Shown here: positions 21,366-31,646 of the stretch, one piece after another | How the letters are laid out: every line of letters begins with the position of its first letter | Position numbering within the stretch: the first letter of the stretch is position 1 | Assembly: GCA_963663385.2 (NCBI GenBank) | Contig: CAXXXD010000003.1 | Span: 960,001 to 1,024,000, forward strand | DNA length: 64,000 nt | Direction: 5' to 3' | From: Oceanispirochaeta sp. | GTDB taxonomy: Bacteria; Spirochaetota; Spirochaetia; DSM-2461 | Notes under the pieces: generated by a model | What the model saw: the letters and a program-made list of their open reading frames with translations, nothing else | What the model was told of the DNA's origin: nothing | Databases searched by the model: none | Program-made: the position numbers and the translations under genes

Positions 21366-21782
21366 ATGAAAACATTAGGAAATAGAAGAAAGGCCAGGAT
21401 ACTGGCTTTTCAGGCACTTTACAGTTGGGAAATCAACGGCAGTGAGCTTTCTGAGCTGTATTCTTATTCCTGGTCTCGGGAAGAGCCTGCTGAAGAAGTG
21501 AAGGTATTCGCTTCTTTTCTTATTAAGGGGACAATAGAAAACCTTCCGGAGATTGACGGCAGGATTAAAGAAAGCCTTAAAAGATGGGATTTTGAGAGGT
21601 TGGAGAAGGTTAATCTTGCTATTCTCAGAATGAGCACATATGCTTTGTTATATCAGAAAGATATTCCTCATGGCGTAACAATAGATGAAGCAGTAGAAAT
21701 AACAAAAGAGTATAGTACGGCCGATTCTTATCGCTTTGTCAACGGAGTTTTGGATAATATCAAGAAACAGATAGATGGATAG
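21366..21782 (+). CDS. nusB: Transcription antitermination factor NusB
   Basis: RRKARILAFQALY, IDEAVEITKEY, FVNGVLD. Confidence 0.96.
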   Translation: MKTLGNRRKARILAFQALYSWEINGSELSELYSYSWSREEPAEEVKVFASFLIKGTIENLPEIDGRIKESLKRWDFERLEKVNLAILRMSTYALLYQKDIPHGVTIDEAVEITKEYSTADSYRFVNGVLDNIKKQIDG

Positions 21783-23442
21783 ACACCGGGTGGATCAGGA
21801 TAGTAAGTATTTTAAATCCCTACTGATATGGACGCTTGTATTATTTATGCTTGCATCCATTCTGGGTATTTTTATCCTCTTTCAGCCCCATGATGACCGA
21901 TTTCAGTATTATATCAGGCAGGTTGATAATTATATTGAAGCGAAACGCTTTACCGAAATTCCGCCATTGCTTGTGCGGGCTACCCGTTATGCCGATAAAA
22001 GGGAGCAGTGGTTCAGTATTTTTAAAAGATCCTATCAGGTTTGCCGAAACCTGAAGGATTACAGAAGTTTTAATAATCTGCTTGATATTTCAAGAAAGTT
22101 CATCCATGGGGGGCCGGAGCATGATGCCCTGTATACGGCGTCTCTTCTCTGGACGGATCAGTATGAAAAAGCTTCCGCCAGTTTATATTCAATTAGCCAG
22201 CCCGGGTATGAAACTCTGGTTGCCGAAAGCCTCCTCTCCTATGAGGTTTATAGGAACTATGAACTGGGCGAACAGCATCCCATCGAGTTTATCAAGGACA
22301 AAATCAGTTTTCAGGAAGATCCTGATTTTTTTCATATTATCGGGACTCTCTCTGACAATGAAACTCTACTCTACAATGCGGTTCTGCTTTATATGGAATC
22401 GGGACAGTTCGATGTTGCCGAACAGATTCTGGGGCAATTATCATCAACCAGAATTCCTCCGCTCCGGATGGGGGTCGTTTATTATGATCTGGGTCAGATC
22501 ACCAGAGCACTTGAATACTATAAGGCTCAGGATGTAGTGGACGAGATTAAGGAGAATCAGCGATTTTCACTTAAGCAGCAGATCGGTGATATGCAGTATA
22601 TGCTCGGACGGGAAGGGGAAGCCCTGAAATCCTATGAAGCAGGATTGGCTCTTCATAGAGCCGGCAGCTGGAAACTCTATAGGAATATAGCGCGTCTGTA
22701 TTTTGAAAAAGGGTACTCCAGAAAAGCAAAAATCGTATTGGAGGATGGTTTACACAACTTCCCGGATCAGGTTGAGCTCCTGGAGGACTATGTCCGCTTC
22801 TTCTCCCGGGATATCAGTATGACCGTGAAAAGAACTCTGGAGGCTTATATAAGCCGCTTTCCGGAGGATATGGAGGCAAAGCTGCTGCAGATCCGGTATT
22901 TTCCGGAACCCATGAATCCCACACAGTATCAGGCCAGATTATGGGAGTTTTTTAATAACTCCCATAATAACGAAGCTGTTACAAGGTTCCTTCTCTGGTA
23001 TCTTTCCGGTGTGGAAGACCGCAAGAGTATGAAAATCGTACTGCAGAGATACGAGTATGAAGAGGAAAAACCGCACTGGTATATCTTATATGAAGGGATA
23101 CTGGAATTCCTTGAAAAGGATACAGAAAAAGCTCTTCAGAAGATGGAAGAGGCGTCTGCCATCCATCCTTCCTGGCTTTATGAGCGAAATAAAGCCATAT
23201 TTAATTATAGTCTTGGACACAATGATATTGCCATGATACAAATGGGACAAGCTGTTGATGGTCTGCTGAAAGAACCCTCTCTGGTGAATGCTAATCCCAT
23301 TCTTTCGGAAATGTATTTTACTATGGGTAAGTTGTTTCTGGAAGAGAAGGATTTTAAAAGTGCACAGGAACACCTTGAAAATGCTATTGCCTGTTATCCT
23401 GAGAATCATAGTGCCCGAAGTCTTCTGAAACGCATAAAGTAA
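21775..23442 (+). CDS. Membrane-anchored TPR protein
   Basis: N-terminal TM helix and multiple TPR-like repeats. Confidence 0.75.
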   Translation: MDRHRVDQDSKYFKSLLIWTLVLFMLASILGIFILFQPHDDRFQYYIRQVDNYIEAKRFTEIPPLLVRATRYADKREQWFSIFKRSYQVCRNLKDYRSFNNLLDISRKFIHGGPEHDALYTASLLWTDQYEKASASLYSISQPGYETLVAESLLSYEVYRNYELGEQHPIEFIKDKISFQEDPDFFHIIGTLSDNETLLYNAVLLYMESGQFDVAEQILGQLSSTRIPPLRMGVVYYDLGQITRALEYYKAQDVVDEIKENQRFSLKQQIGDMQYMLGREGEALKSYEAGLALHRAGSWKLYRNIARLYFEKGYSRKAKIVLEDGLHNFPDQVELLEDYVRFFSRDISMTVKRTLEAYISRFPEDMEAKLLQIRYFPEPMNPTQYQARLWEFFNNSHNNEAVTRFLLWYLSGVEDRKSMKIVLQRYEYEEEKPHWYILYEGILEFLEKDTEKALQKMEEASAIHPSWLYERNKAIFNYSLGHNDIAMIQMGQAVDGLLKEPSLVNANPILSEMYFTMGKLFLEEKDFKSAQEHLENAIACYPENHSARSLLKRIK

Positions 23443-23458
23443 AAGAAAGGTTAATAAT

Positions 23459-24211
23459 ATGATCACACTGAAAAATGAAAAACAGATAGAAGGTATACGC
23501 AGTTCCTGCAAGTACCTTGCAGAATTGTTTCTGAAACTTGAGGACTTTATTGAACCCGGTATGTCTACAATGGATATAGATAAATATTCTGCGGATTTCA
23601 TTAGAAAAATCGGCGGGAATGCTGCTTTTCTGGGATATGGCGGATTTCCGGGGACAATCTGTTCCTCTGTCAATGATACAGTCATCCACGGGATCCCCAG
23701 CAAGAACGAAATACTGAAGGAAGGTGATATACTCGGCTGTGATATAGGCATTGAACTTAACGGGTTCTATAGTGACAGGGCGTATACCTATCCGATCGGA
23801 AAAGTCAGCCGGGAGGCGGAACTGTTGATGAAACGGACCCGTGAATGTCTGTATATCGGTATCGATGCAGCGCAGAAAGGGGGGCGAATCAAGGACATAG
23901 GCAAGGCCATAACTTCTTATCTGAAACCTTTCGGATACGGAATTGTTCACTCTTTCTGCGGACATGGTGTCGGACTGGATGTGCATGAGGATCCCCAGAT
24001 TCCCAATAATTACCCTTCCCGCGGGATGAACCACAGACTGAAGCCTGGCATGGTTCTGGCCATTGAACCAATGATAAATATTGGCACCGCAGAAGTAGAG
24101 GTTCTGGATGATGACTGGACTGTAAAAACTGCGGACGGATCCCTTTCAGCTCATTTCGAGCATACCATACTTATTACTGAGGGTAAGCCTGAAATCCTGA
24201 CGGCTCTCTAA
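23459..24211 (+). CDS. map: Type I methionine aminopeptidase
   Basis: SVNDTVIHGIP, GHGVG..VHEDP, AIEPM, SAHFEHT. Confidence 0.97.
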   Translation: MITLKNEKQIEGIRSSCKYLAELFLKLEDFIEPGMSTMDIDKYSADFIRKIGGNAAFLGYGGFPGTICSSVNDTVIHGIPSKNEILKEGDILGCDIGIELNGFYSDRAYTYPIGKVSREAELLMKRTRECLYIGIDAAQKGGRIKDIGKAITSYLKPFGYGIVHSFCGHGVGLDVHEDPQIPNNYPSRGMNHRLKPGMVLAIEPMINIGTAEVEVLDDDWTVKTADGSLSAHFEHTILITEGKPEILTAL

Positions 24212-24298
24212 TCTCACAATAGTATAAAATCTATGTAACGACAGAGTGTTTTATAGGTTTACATTTTGTGATTCTTTTAACAGGAGAAAAATACAATT

Positions 24299-25792
24299 AT
24301 GAGTAGTAACAGTAATAATAACAGAAAAATTATTTTTACAGCTTTATTCGGTACAATTGCCGGATTTGTACTTTGTTTATTTCTATACACTTTTCTGCCA
24401 GCCTTAAAGCCTGCTGCTGAAGTATATGCTGCGCCTAACAGTTCTGAAATGGAGACAGTTGAAAACTTTCAGAATACTTTCAGAAGAGTAGCAGCTGAAA
24501 CACTTCCCTGGGTAGTCGAAATCGATACGGTTGAAGTTTCAACGCGGCAGACTCCGGGAGGGAATGGGTTTCCCTGGGAGTACTTTTTCGGAAATCCTGA
24601 TGAGAGCGAGGAAAAGGCTCCCGAAACACGGGAATATCGAAGTGCAGGACTGGGATCCGGTTTTATCGTTGAAAAGGACGAAGATACGTATTATGTCATA
24701 ACCAATAATCACGTGGTGGGGCAGGCTGATGAAATCCGGATAAAAATGGACAATGAGAAGGAGTATGAAGCCGAACTGGTGGGAACTGATCCCCGTAAGG
24801 ATCTGGCATTATTAAAATTCGAAACCAAAGACAAGGGAATTGCCATTGCCCATCTGGGCGATTCCGATTCGCTTTTTGTTGGAGACTGGGTACTGGCAAT
24901 CGGAAGCCCCTTCGGCTACAAATCATCCGTTACGGCCGGTATTATCAGTGCTCTGGGTCGTCAGAATGGACCGGACGGTAATATAAACGACTTTATTCAG
25001 ACTGATGCTTCCATTAATCAGGGTAACTCCGGAGGGCCCCTGGTTAATTTAAAAGGTGAAGTTGTAGGTATTAATACATGGATTACAACTTCTACGGGAG
25101 GGAGCATAGGGCTTGGATTCAGTATCCCCATAAATAATGTAAAACGTACCATCAGGGATTTTATCGACGATGGTGAGGTCCGTTACGGCTGGCTCGGTGT
25201 CAGTATTGGTGATGCTCCGGATATTATTGCCGACGAATTTGGATTAAAGGGAGAAAAAGGCGCTTTTGTCTATCAGGTATTTAATAATTCTCCCGCAGAA
25301 AAGGGTGGGATTCAACCCGGGGACTTCATTCTTTCTGTGAACGGAATCGCTGCCAGTGATAAGAATCATCTTACGAGAATGATTGGTGATATGCGTCCCG
25401 ATGATATAGCTGAATTTGTATTAATCCGTAATAATAGGCGCTTGTCCTTGAAGGTTAAAATTACCGAACGGGAGACGGAAGAAGAAGTTCGAAAAATGAA
25501 TAATCAGGTATGGCCCGGTGTTTCCGTTTATACCGTACAGGAAGAGCTGATCGAACGTCTTGAGCTGGAAGAAGATATTAAGGGCGTTTTCGTAGCGGAA
25601 GTCTATCCCAAAACGGCATTTCAGATTGCCGGAATTCAGGCTGGAGATATTATTACCGGTATTAATGGGGAAAGTGTGGAGAATCTGTCTGATTTCTATA
25701 CCCGTCTTAACAGTATTGGTGATGACCGTTTCTACCTTTCCTTTCTGAGAGAGGGATACGAAATGGAGACTCCAAAGATAAAAAGAAAATAA
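24299..25792 (+). CDS. htrA: HtrA/DegP-family serine protease with two PDZ domains
   Basis: TNNHVV, DLALL, GNSGGP triad; GWLGV PDZ start. Confidence 0.95.
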   Translation: MSSNSNNNRKIIFTALFGTIAGFVLCLFLYTFLPALKPAAEVYAAPNSSEMETVENFQNTFRRVAAETLPWVVEIDTVEVSTRQTPGGNGFPWEYFFGNPDESEEKAPETREYRSAGLGSGFIVEKDEDTYYVITNNHVVGQADEIRIKMDNEKEYEAELVGTDPRKDLALLKFETKDKGIAIAHLGDSDSLFVGDWVLAIGSPFGYKSSVTAGIISALGRQNGPDGNINDFIQTDASINQGNSGGPLVNLKGEVVGINTWITTSTGGSIGLGFSIPINNVKRTIRDFIDDGEVRYGWLGVSIGDAPDIIADEFGLKGEKGAFVYQVFNNSPAEKGGIQPGDFILSVNGIAASDKNHLTRMIGDMRPDDIAEFVLIRNNRRLSLKVKITERETEEEVRKMNNQVWPGVSVYTVQEELIERLELEEDIKGVFVAEVYPKTAFQIAGIQAGDIITGINGESVENLSDFYTRLNSIGDDRFYLSFLREGYEMETPKIKRK

Positions 25793-25821
25793 AATTCAAA
25801 TTTTTTAGGTAAATATTGATT

Positions 25822-25857
25822 ATGGGCTGCCTATCACAAGGGGCAGCCCATTTTTTT
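25822..25857 (+). terminator. Rho-independent terminator after htrA
   Basis: ATGGGCTGCC...GGCAGCCCAT followed by T6. Confidence 0.85.
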
Positions 25858-25919
25858 ATGTTACTATAAGGTCTTTTACTATATAATAAATCAAATAAAC
25901 TACAAGATGAGAGAGTGGA

Positions 25920-26525
25920 ATGAGTAAACTTTTTACCCCCTATGATGAAATTCGGAATAATGCCCTCAAGTTGGCTTATAAGGTATACCAGGACGGTTTT
26001 GTTCCTGATGTTATCTACATCCCCTTAAGAGGCGGAGCTTATATGGGCAATGTTTTCAGCGAGTTTTTCAAGATTGTAAGAAAGGGGGAGAGGCCTGTTT
26101 TTTATGCAGCAGTTGTTGCCCGTTCCTACAGTGATATCCGGCAGCAGGATAAAATCATGATTGACGGCTGGACCTATAATCCCGCCTACCTCCGTAACGG
26201 GGACAAGGTTATGTTTATTGATGATATCTTTGACTCGGGAAGGACTCTGAACCATCTGGTTGAAGCAATTCTTGAAAAGGGGATACCCCGGGAAGATATA
26301 AAAATTGCCGTTCATGACTATAAGGTTCATACCTATCAGGATCATCTGCCCATACAACCGGACTACTATTGCCGGAAGTTTATAGTGGAAAAGGAAGAAG
26401 ATGATGTATGGATTCATTATATGAGCCATGAACTGGTAGGGTTGAGTAAAGAAGAACAGCAGGAACAGTTTATCAGTAAAGATTCCGAATTGGCGGGTAT
26501 TTTTGATTTTCTGAATCAGAAATAA
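25920..26525 (+). CDS. Type I phosphoribosyltransferase (purine salvage-like)
   Basis: PLRGG and PRPP-binding FIDDIFDSGRT. Confidence 0.88.
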   Translation: MSKLFTPYDEIRNNALKLAYKVYQDGFVPDVIYIPLRGGAYMGNVFSEFFKIVRKGERPVFYAAVVARSYSDIRQQDKIMIDGWTYNPAYLRNGDKVMFIDDIFDSGRTLNHLVEAILEKGIPREDIKIAVHDYKVHTYQDHLPIQPDYYCRKFIVEKEEDDVWIHYMSHELVGLSKEEQQEQFISKDSELAGIFDFLNQK

Positions 26526-26544
26526 TCCTGATCCCGTAAATTAT

Positions 26545-26597
26545 AAAAAAAATGTCCCCACCCCTCGACTTACGCTCGGGGAACTGGGGACATTTTT
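26545..26597. terminator. Bidirectional terminator between convergent genes, with a REP-like element in its loop
   Basis: 13-bp stem AAAAATGTCCCCA/TGGGGACATTTTT, A8 on the left and T5 on the right. Confidence 0.85.
26561..26581 (-). repeat. REP-like palindrome CCCCGAGCGT(A)AGTCGAGGGG
   Basis: Reverse complement of the copy at 45456-45475 with one inserted base. Confidence 0.8.
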
Positions 26598-26714
26598 CAG
26601 GTTATATGAGATAGGAGGGATGAGAGCTGTAAAGTGCTAGCACCCCCGACACCTCTAAGATCTCCCCGAGTAAAGTTGAGAAATCGAATTCAGGGTAACC
26701 GAGCGAAGCAGAGG

Positions 26715-27938
26715 TTACTCCTGGGCCCACTCCCTGCTGCTTCCGTCCGCCGTATTGAGCCAGAGCCCGTAGGAGGATGTTACCGCATACAGGCGGTCAT
26801 ATGTCTCATCATAGAGAAAGTTTTTGATAGTGGCATCTTCCAGCTCGCTGCTGTTGTAGTTATTATCATCGGAAAAATCATTATTCTGAAATACCGGATC
26901 TGTTTTATTGGTTACGATAATCTCTATATAGCCGTCTCCAGTTACGGAACTGCTGCTGGTGGGATCTTTAAAAGCCTGTGTGCCTGCCAGAATGGTATCC
27001 GTCTGAATAGGTGATATGTCACAGAATGACGTAAACTGAACATCATTATCCCAAACTTCCGAGTACCAGGTTCCCTCTGTTTCATACAGAACAGGGTGTT
27101 CATCATCGTCCGCCTGAGTTCCCATAAACAGCATATCGTGTGCAGGGGAGTAGTAGATATCCGTAAAGTTTAAATCATCAAAACCGATGCTCTGCTGAAC
27201 AAATGTAGCGGGATCACTTTCTGAATAACAGATAACGCCATTGTTAAAGTTACTGCCTTCCAGATTGTAAATCATGTAGCTTTCCGAGGCTTCAGCAGAA
27301 ATAATATCTACAATTGGCATGGGGTCATCATCGCTGCTATCCAGTTCGAATCCTGGAAAAGTAACCAGGTAGTCAGATGACAAACCAGCTGCCAGAGCCG
27401 TTTCTCCGGCATTATCCCCAGAGTAGAAGTAAAGGCTGCTGGAATTGATGGACACTTCACTGTCGTTATTATAATAATTAACAACATTCAGATAGAGCCC
27501 CTGATTTGTATCAAAAAGATATAGGCAATCGTAATTCGAGCCGCTTTTCTTTGTAAAGAACAATTCGTCCCACTCTCCGGTGGAGCTGTTGTATTTTAAA
27601 AGACCACTTCTGTAATCCGCATCATGGCTGATTATACTGGCATAGAGATTCCCGTTCATCACAGCAATGGAAGGAAAGGTGGCATCACCCTGGTATTTGG
27701 ACGGGACGCCATAGCTGTGCCAGTGTCTGGTGTCCTCTCCGATTGTACTGTGCCATACACTTTTTCCATTGATAACATACTGATCATCGTAGACCAGCAT
27801 ATCTCTCAGAGCGGTTGTACCTTTCAGATTATTGGCATCGACAATCTTTTCTTCATTTTCAAGCTGATAGAATATCCCGTTTCCGGAACAGCCGGCCAGA
27901 AATAAAAGGGGGAGTAGGATAAGTATTATTTTTCTCAT
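26715..27938 (-). CDS. Lipoprotein, probable beta-propeller (BB0028/BamB-like by synteny)
   Basis: Lipobox LAGC, beta-rich, directly downstream of a small OMP gene that is divergent from folD. Confidence 0.7.
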   Translation of the reverse strand: MRKIILILLPLLFLAGCSGNGIFYQLENEEKIVDANNLKGTTALRDMLVYDDQYVINGKSVWHSTIGEDTRHWHSYGVPSKYQGDATFPSIAVMNGNLYASIISHDADYRSGLLKYNSSTGEWDELFFTKKSGSNYDCLYLFDTNQGLYLNVVNYYNNDSEVSINSSSLYFYSGDNAGETALAAGLSSDYLVTFPGFELDSSDDDPMPIVDIISAEASESYMIYNLEGSNFNNGVICYSESDPATFVQQSIGFDDLNFTDIYYSPAHDMLFMGTQADDDEHPVLYETEGTWYSEVWDNDVQFTSFCDISPIQTDTILAGTQAFKDPTSSSSVTGDGYIEIIVTNKTDPVFQNNDFSDDNNYNSSELEDATIKNFLYDETYDRLYAVTSSYGLWLNTADGSSREWAQE

Positions 27939-27947
27939 AAAAACCTC

Positions 27948-28601
27948 TTAGAAATGGTAGACCGCTGACAGGCTGACATCCATAAAATTCCCGAACCTTG
28001 TATATTCGGGATCGGACGGATAAATCTGGGGAACCCACCAATAGGACAGATTTGTGCCGAATGACCAGCTGGTGTTATGATTCCAGAAAAAACCGGCTCC
28101 CGGTTTTACGAGCAAATCGACATGGAATTCATCAAGATAGGATGTCATGCTCATACCGGCTCCCACAAACAACGGGATGGAAAACAGGTTATTCTTCAAC
28201 TGAATTTCGTAGGTTCCCCGGAATGTAATCGGCACCATATAAAAGTTGTTGTCGTTGGGACTTCTGGCAAACATGGCACCGATTTCCATTCCCAGCTGGA
28301 TGTTGTTGTTCAGGTAGGCTCCGTAATAGAGCGAACCGGTTCCGCCGTTGGATAGATTGGTTGATGAAATAGCATCCTTTCCGCTTTCGGGGGATGGATC
28401 CTGCATGAAAAGGGGGATGAACAAACCGGCATTAATGGAGAATACCTGGTCTCCCATACTGTTATATTCAATCTGGTAAGTTGCATCATCGTCTGATGAC
28501 TGCGATTCCTGAGCTGTTACTGTAAAAGAAACTGTTAATAATAGAAAAAACAGTATAAACAGAATTGATCCAGGAATGATGTGTTGAGTTTTTTTCTTCA
28601 A
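27948..28601 (-). CDS. Small outer-membrane beta-barrel (TP0733/BB0027-like)
   Basis: Signal peptide, GDQVFSINAGLFIPLF, alternating aromatic strands, C-terminal YHF; divergent from folD. Confidence 0.8.
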   Translation of the reverse strand: MKKKTQHIIPGSILFILFFLLLTVSFTVTAQESQSSDDDATYQIEYNSMGDQVFSINAGLFIPLFMQDPSPESGKDAISSTNLSNGGTGSLYYGAYLNNNIQLGMEIGAMFARSPNDNNFYMVPITFRGTYEIQLKNNLFSIPLFVGAGMSMTSYLDEFHVDLLVKPGAGFFWNHNTSWSFGTNLSYWWVPQIYPSDPEYTRFGNFMDVSLSAVYHF

Positions 28602-28692
28602 GTTGATTCCTCATTCTCGAAAGATATGTGATAATAACATAGTAACAACAAAGCATCAATGTGGTTACAAAGCGAGAAATAAGGACTTATTT

Positions 28693-29568
28693 ATGGCAAA
28701 AATTATTGATGGAAAAAGTGTTTCGGCAGATCTGAGAAATCAGTTGAAAGATAAAGTGGAATCCCTTAAAGCAAAAGGAATTACGCCCGGTCTGGCCGTT
28801 GTTCTGATCGGGGATGATCCTGCCAGCAGATCATATGTTACGGCAAAGGAAAAAAGTTGCGGAGAGCTTGGAATGTATTCCCGTGATATCCGGTTGCCCG
28901 CGGATACGCCGGAACAGGATCTGCTGGATCTTATTGATAAATTGAATCAGGATGAGCAGATCGATGGAATCCTGGTTCAGCTTCCTCTGCCTTCCCATAT
29001 GAATGAAGATAAAGTAATTCTGCAGATTGATCCTTCCAAAGATGTGGACGGTTTTCACCCTGTCAGTGTCGGAAAAATGGTTCTGGAACAGGAGACATTC
29101 CTTCCCTGTACACCCCATGGCATATTGAAACTGCTTGAGTATTGTGAAATCTCACCGTCCGGCAAAAAAGTTGTTGTGGTAGGACGCAGTAATATCGTTG
29201 GAAAACCAATTGCCAATCTGATGATCCAGAAACAGCCCTGGGGAAATGCCACTGTTACGGTGTGTCATACAAGAACTGCAGATCTCAGGAAGGAAACTCT
29301 TGAAGCGGATATCCTTATTGCCGCGGCAGGTCAACCGGAGATGATTTCCGGTGATATGATCAAACCCGGAGCTGTTGTAATTGATGTCGGTGTCAACAGG
29401 GTCCCCGATGAATCAAAGAAACGGGGTTACCGGCTGACGGGAGATGTAAAGTTTGAAGAAGCGCAGAAAAATGCTTCTTTCATTACACCTGTACCGGGCG
29501 GTGTCGGTCCCATGACAATTACCATGCTGCTGTTCAATACTGTTCAGTCGGCAGAAAACAGGAAATAA
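28693..29568 (+). CDS. folD: Bifunctional methylene-THF dehydrogenase/cyclohydrolase
   Basis: IIDGK, VQLPLP, KDVDGFHP, PCTP, GRSNIVGKP, TPVPGGVGPMT. Confidence 0.98.
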   Translation: MAKIIDGKSVSADLRNQLKDKVESLKAKGITPGLAVVLIGDDPASRSYVTAKEKSCGELGMYSRDIRLPADTPEQDLLDLIDKLNQDEQIDGILVQLPLPSHMNEDKVILQIDPSKDVDGFHPVSVGKMVLEQETFLPCTPHGILKLLEYCEISPSGKKVVVVGRSNIVGKPIANLMIQKQPWGNATVTVCHTRTADLRKETLEADILIAAAGQPEMISGDMIKPGAVVIDVGVNRVPDESKKRGYRLTGDVKFEEAQKNASFITPVPGGVGPMTITMLLFNTVQSAENRK

Positions 29569-29608
29569 AACCTGTTGATAAAATGAATTTCCGGAGCTTG
29601 ATAATTTA

Positions 29609-31636
29609 ATGAAGAATCGAATCCTCATTATAGCGGCAGCTGTCCTGGTGGCAGCTGCCGCCGTATTTACCCTGATCAGCCAGATCAGTTTAAGAAAAGA
29701 GTTGAAATCTCAGCGTGATATTGTCAGTCGTTTTATGGACCAGACACGTGATGACCTGGGATTTCTGAATGAATCACAGGAAGTAGTGAAGCAGAATACC
29801 AGTCAGGTAAGGCAGTATTTAAATCTGCCGACCCTTTCATTCCCGGAAAGAGCAGATGAAAACTCCGATAAAGATGAAACGGTAAACGTAAGCAGCTTTG
29901 AAATAGCAGCTTACGATGCCGCATCCTATCTGAATGATTACAATATAAAATTCGATCAGATATGCTGGTTTAATGATTTTTTCAACAGCAGGGAATTTTC
30001 AGATTTTTTAAAAGTGAATTCACTAACTCTGAAAAAGAGAAGCGATCTGAAAAAAGAACTGTCAGACGGGAACGGCCGGGTATATTTTGCGATGAACTTT
30101 AAAGGTGATCAGAAACGGGTGGTTATTAAACCCGGCTTATCTGATAAGGAAAAATCCTTCACCGAAGCTGATGCAGGCTGTTTTGACTATTTGCATACTG
30201 AAATGGAACGTCAGAATGCTATCTACAGAACCGTTGCTCTAAATAATACTCAGCTGGCGGGGATATACAGGGATCCCGGCTTAAAAACAATGATCAGGGA
30301 AAAGAACCTTTACTGGGGATCCACCTCATATAAAGGAGAAAACCTTACTGTTCCTCTTATGAGGATGGATGGAACTGTATTGGCTTTGCTGGCGACTGTT
30401 TCTGAAAATACCGGATTCCGTCTGAATCGTCAGAATTTTTCCAGTATAGGAGAGCTGAACCAGGGGCTGGTTACGTTTCTGCAGACCAGCGATCTGAGAA
30501 CCGGAGCGGAAATTCTGGATGATATGGTTCTGGAAGAATTGGAAGGTCTGATGCAGGATCCGGCATTTAATGCTCATCTGGCAAAGCTGGGATTCTCTGT
30601 AAAGAAAGGCAGCCGGGAAGATAACGATTATATCTATTATGATATTTATAAAGGAGACGGAGAGCTGGCCGGTGCCTATGCCCTTCAGAAAGAATTCGGC
30701 GAAGTTTACCTGATGGATAAAGATGATATTCCTGTCCGGTCCCTGAAAACTTTTGCTCCCAATCATGAAATGACCTTTTCTTTTCAGGCTGAAGATAAAA
30801 CGGACGGGGAGAATCTTAATTTTGAGATCCCTTCCGGATCGGAAACATTTCTTATGATCGGTTCCCATGAGCATAATGCGGATACAATGATCCTGGTTCA
30901 TTGCGACAGTATTACTGAAGAGATAAAGATGCTGAGCATACCCAGAGATCTGTACTATAATGGTTTAAAGATTAACTCCATTTACAGAAACTACGGTCCC
31001 GAGCGGCTTGTTTCCGAGCTTTCAGCCATTACCGGGTTAAATATCAGCAAGTATGTTGCCATTGATATGTATGCTTTTATTGATGTGATAAATCTTTTGG
31101 GTGGAATTGATGTAGAGCTTGATGAACCCCTGATTGATCCGACTTACAAGGTACGTGAAAATGGTAAATGGTCAACCCTGTACTACCCCGCGGGAGAACA
31201 CCATCTTGATGGGATTGCTGCCTTGAGGATTACCAGATCGAGACATACTTCTTCGGATTTTGAAAGGGCTGTAAGACAGCAGAAAGTCATTGCAGCCCTG
31301 CGGGACAGTTTAAGTTCCATGGATTTGACAGATATTGCCCGAATATATGATTTTATGCAGATTGCCGGAAAATATCTGAATACAAATTTAAACACTTCCG
31401 AAATGGTACGTTATTTTATGGTGTATAAAGATTATAATATTAATGGACAGAATGTTCTGAATACCGATAATGTATTATATGCGACTTATACTAATCTGTA
31501 TCGTTTGAGTGAAGAGGATCAGGCCAAAGCTCTGGAAGATCCCGGATTTTACAAAGGCGGTTGGATTGTGTTGCCGAAAAATAATGACTGGGGACAGATT
31601 AAAATGTTTATCCAGTCTGTTATGACTTCTTCTTAA
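29609..31636 (+). CDS. LCP (LytR-CpsA-Psr) family protein with long N-terminal extension
   Basis: N-terminal TM; C-terminal DTMILV, SIPRDLY, GGIDV, RSRH..SDFERAVRQQKV. Confidence 0.88.
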   Translation: MKNRILIIAAAVLVAAAAVFTLISQISLRKELKSQRDIVSRFMDQTRDDLGFLNESQEVVKQNTSQVRQYLNLPTLSFPERADENSDKDETVNVSSFEIAAYDAASYLNDYNIKFDQICWFNDFFNSREFSDFLKVNSLTLKKRSDLKKELSDGNGRVYFAMNFKGDQKRVVIKPGLSDKEKSFTEADAGCFDYLHTEMERQNAIYRTVALNNTQLAGIYRDPGLKTMIREKNLYWGSTSYKGENLTVPLMRMDGTVLALLATVSENTGFRLNRQNFSSIGELNQGLVTFLQTSDLRTGAEILDDMVLEELEGLMQDPAFNAHLAKLGFSVKKGSREDNDYIYYDIYKGDGELAGAYALQKEFGEVYLMDKDDIPVRSLKTFAPNHEMTFSFQAEDKTDGENLNFEIPSGSETFLMIGSHEHNADTMILVHCDSITEEIKMLSIPRDLYYNGLKINSIYRNYGPERLVSELSAITGLNISKYVAIDMYAFIDVINLLGGIDVELDEPLIDPTYKVRENGKWSTLYYPAGEHHLDGIAALRITRSRHTSSDFERAVRQQKVIAALRDSLSSMDLTDIARIYDFMQIAGKYLNTNLNTSEMVRYFMVYKDYNINGQNVLNTDNVLYATYTNLYRLSEEDQAKALEDPGFYKGGWIVLPKNNDWGQIKMFIQSVMTSS

Positions 31637-31646
31637 GGAGAGAATT

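Noticed and set aside
28603..28692. N-terminal extension of folD
   Set aside because: Family sequence begins at MAKIIDGK (28693) after an AAGGA RBS
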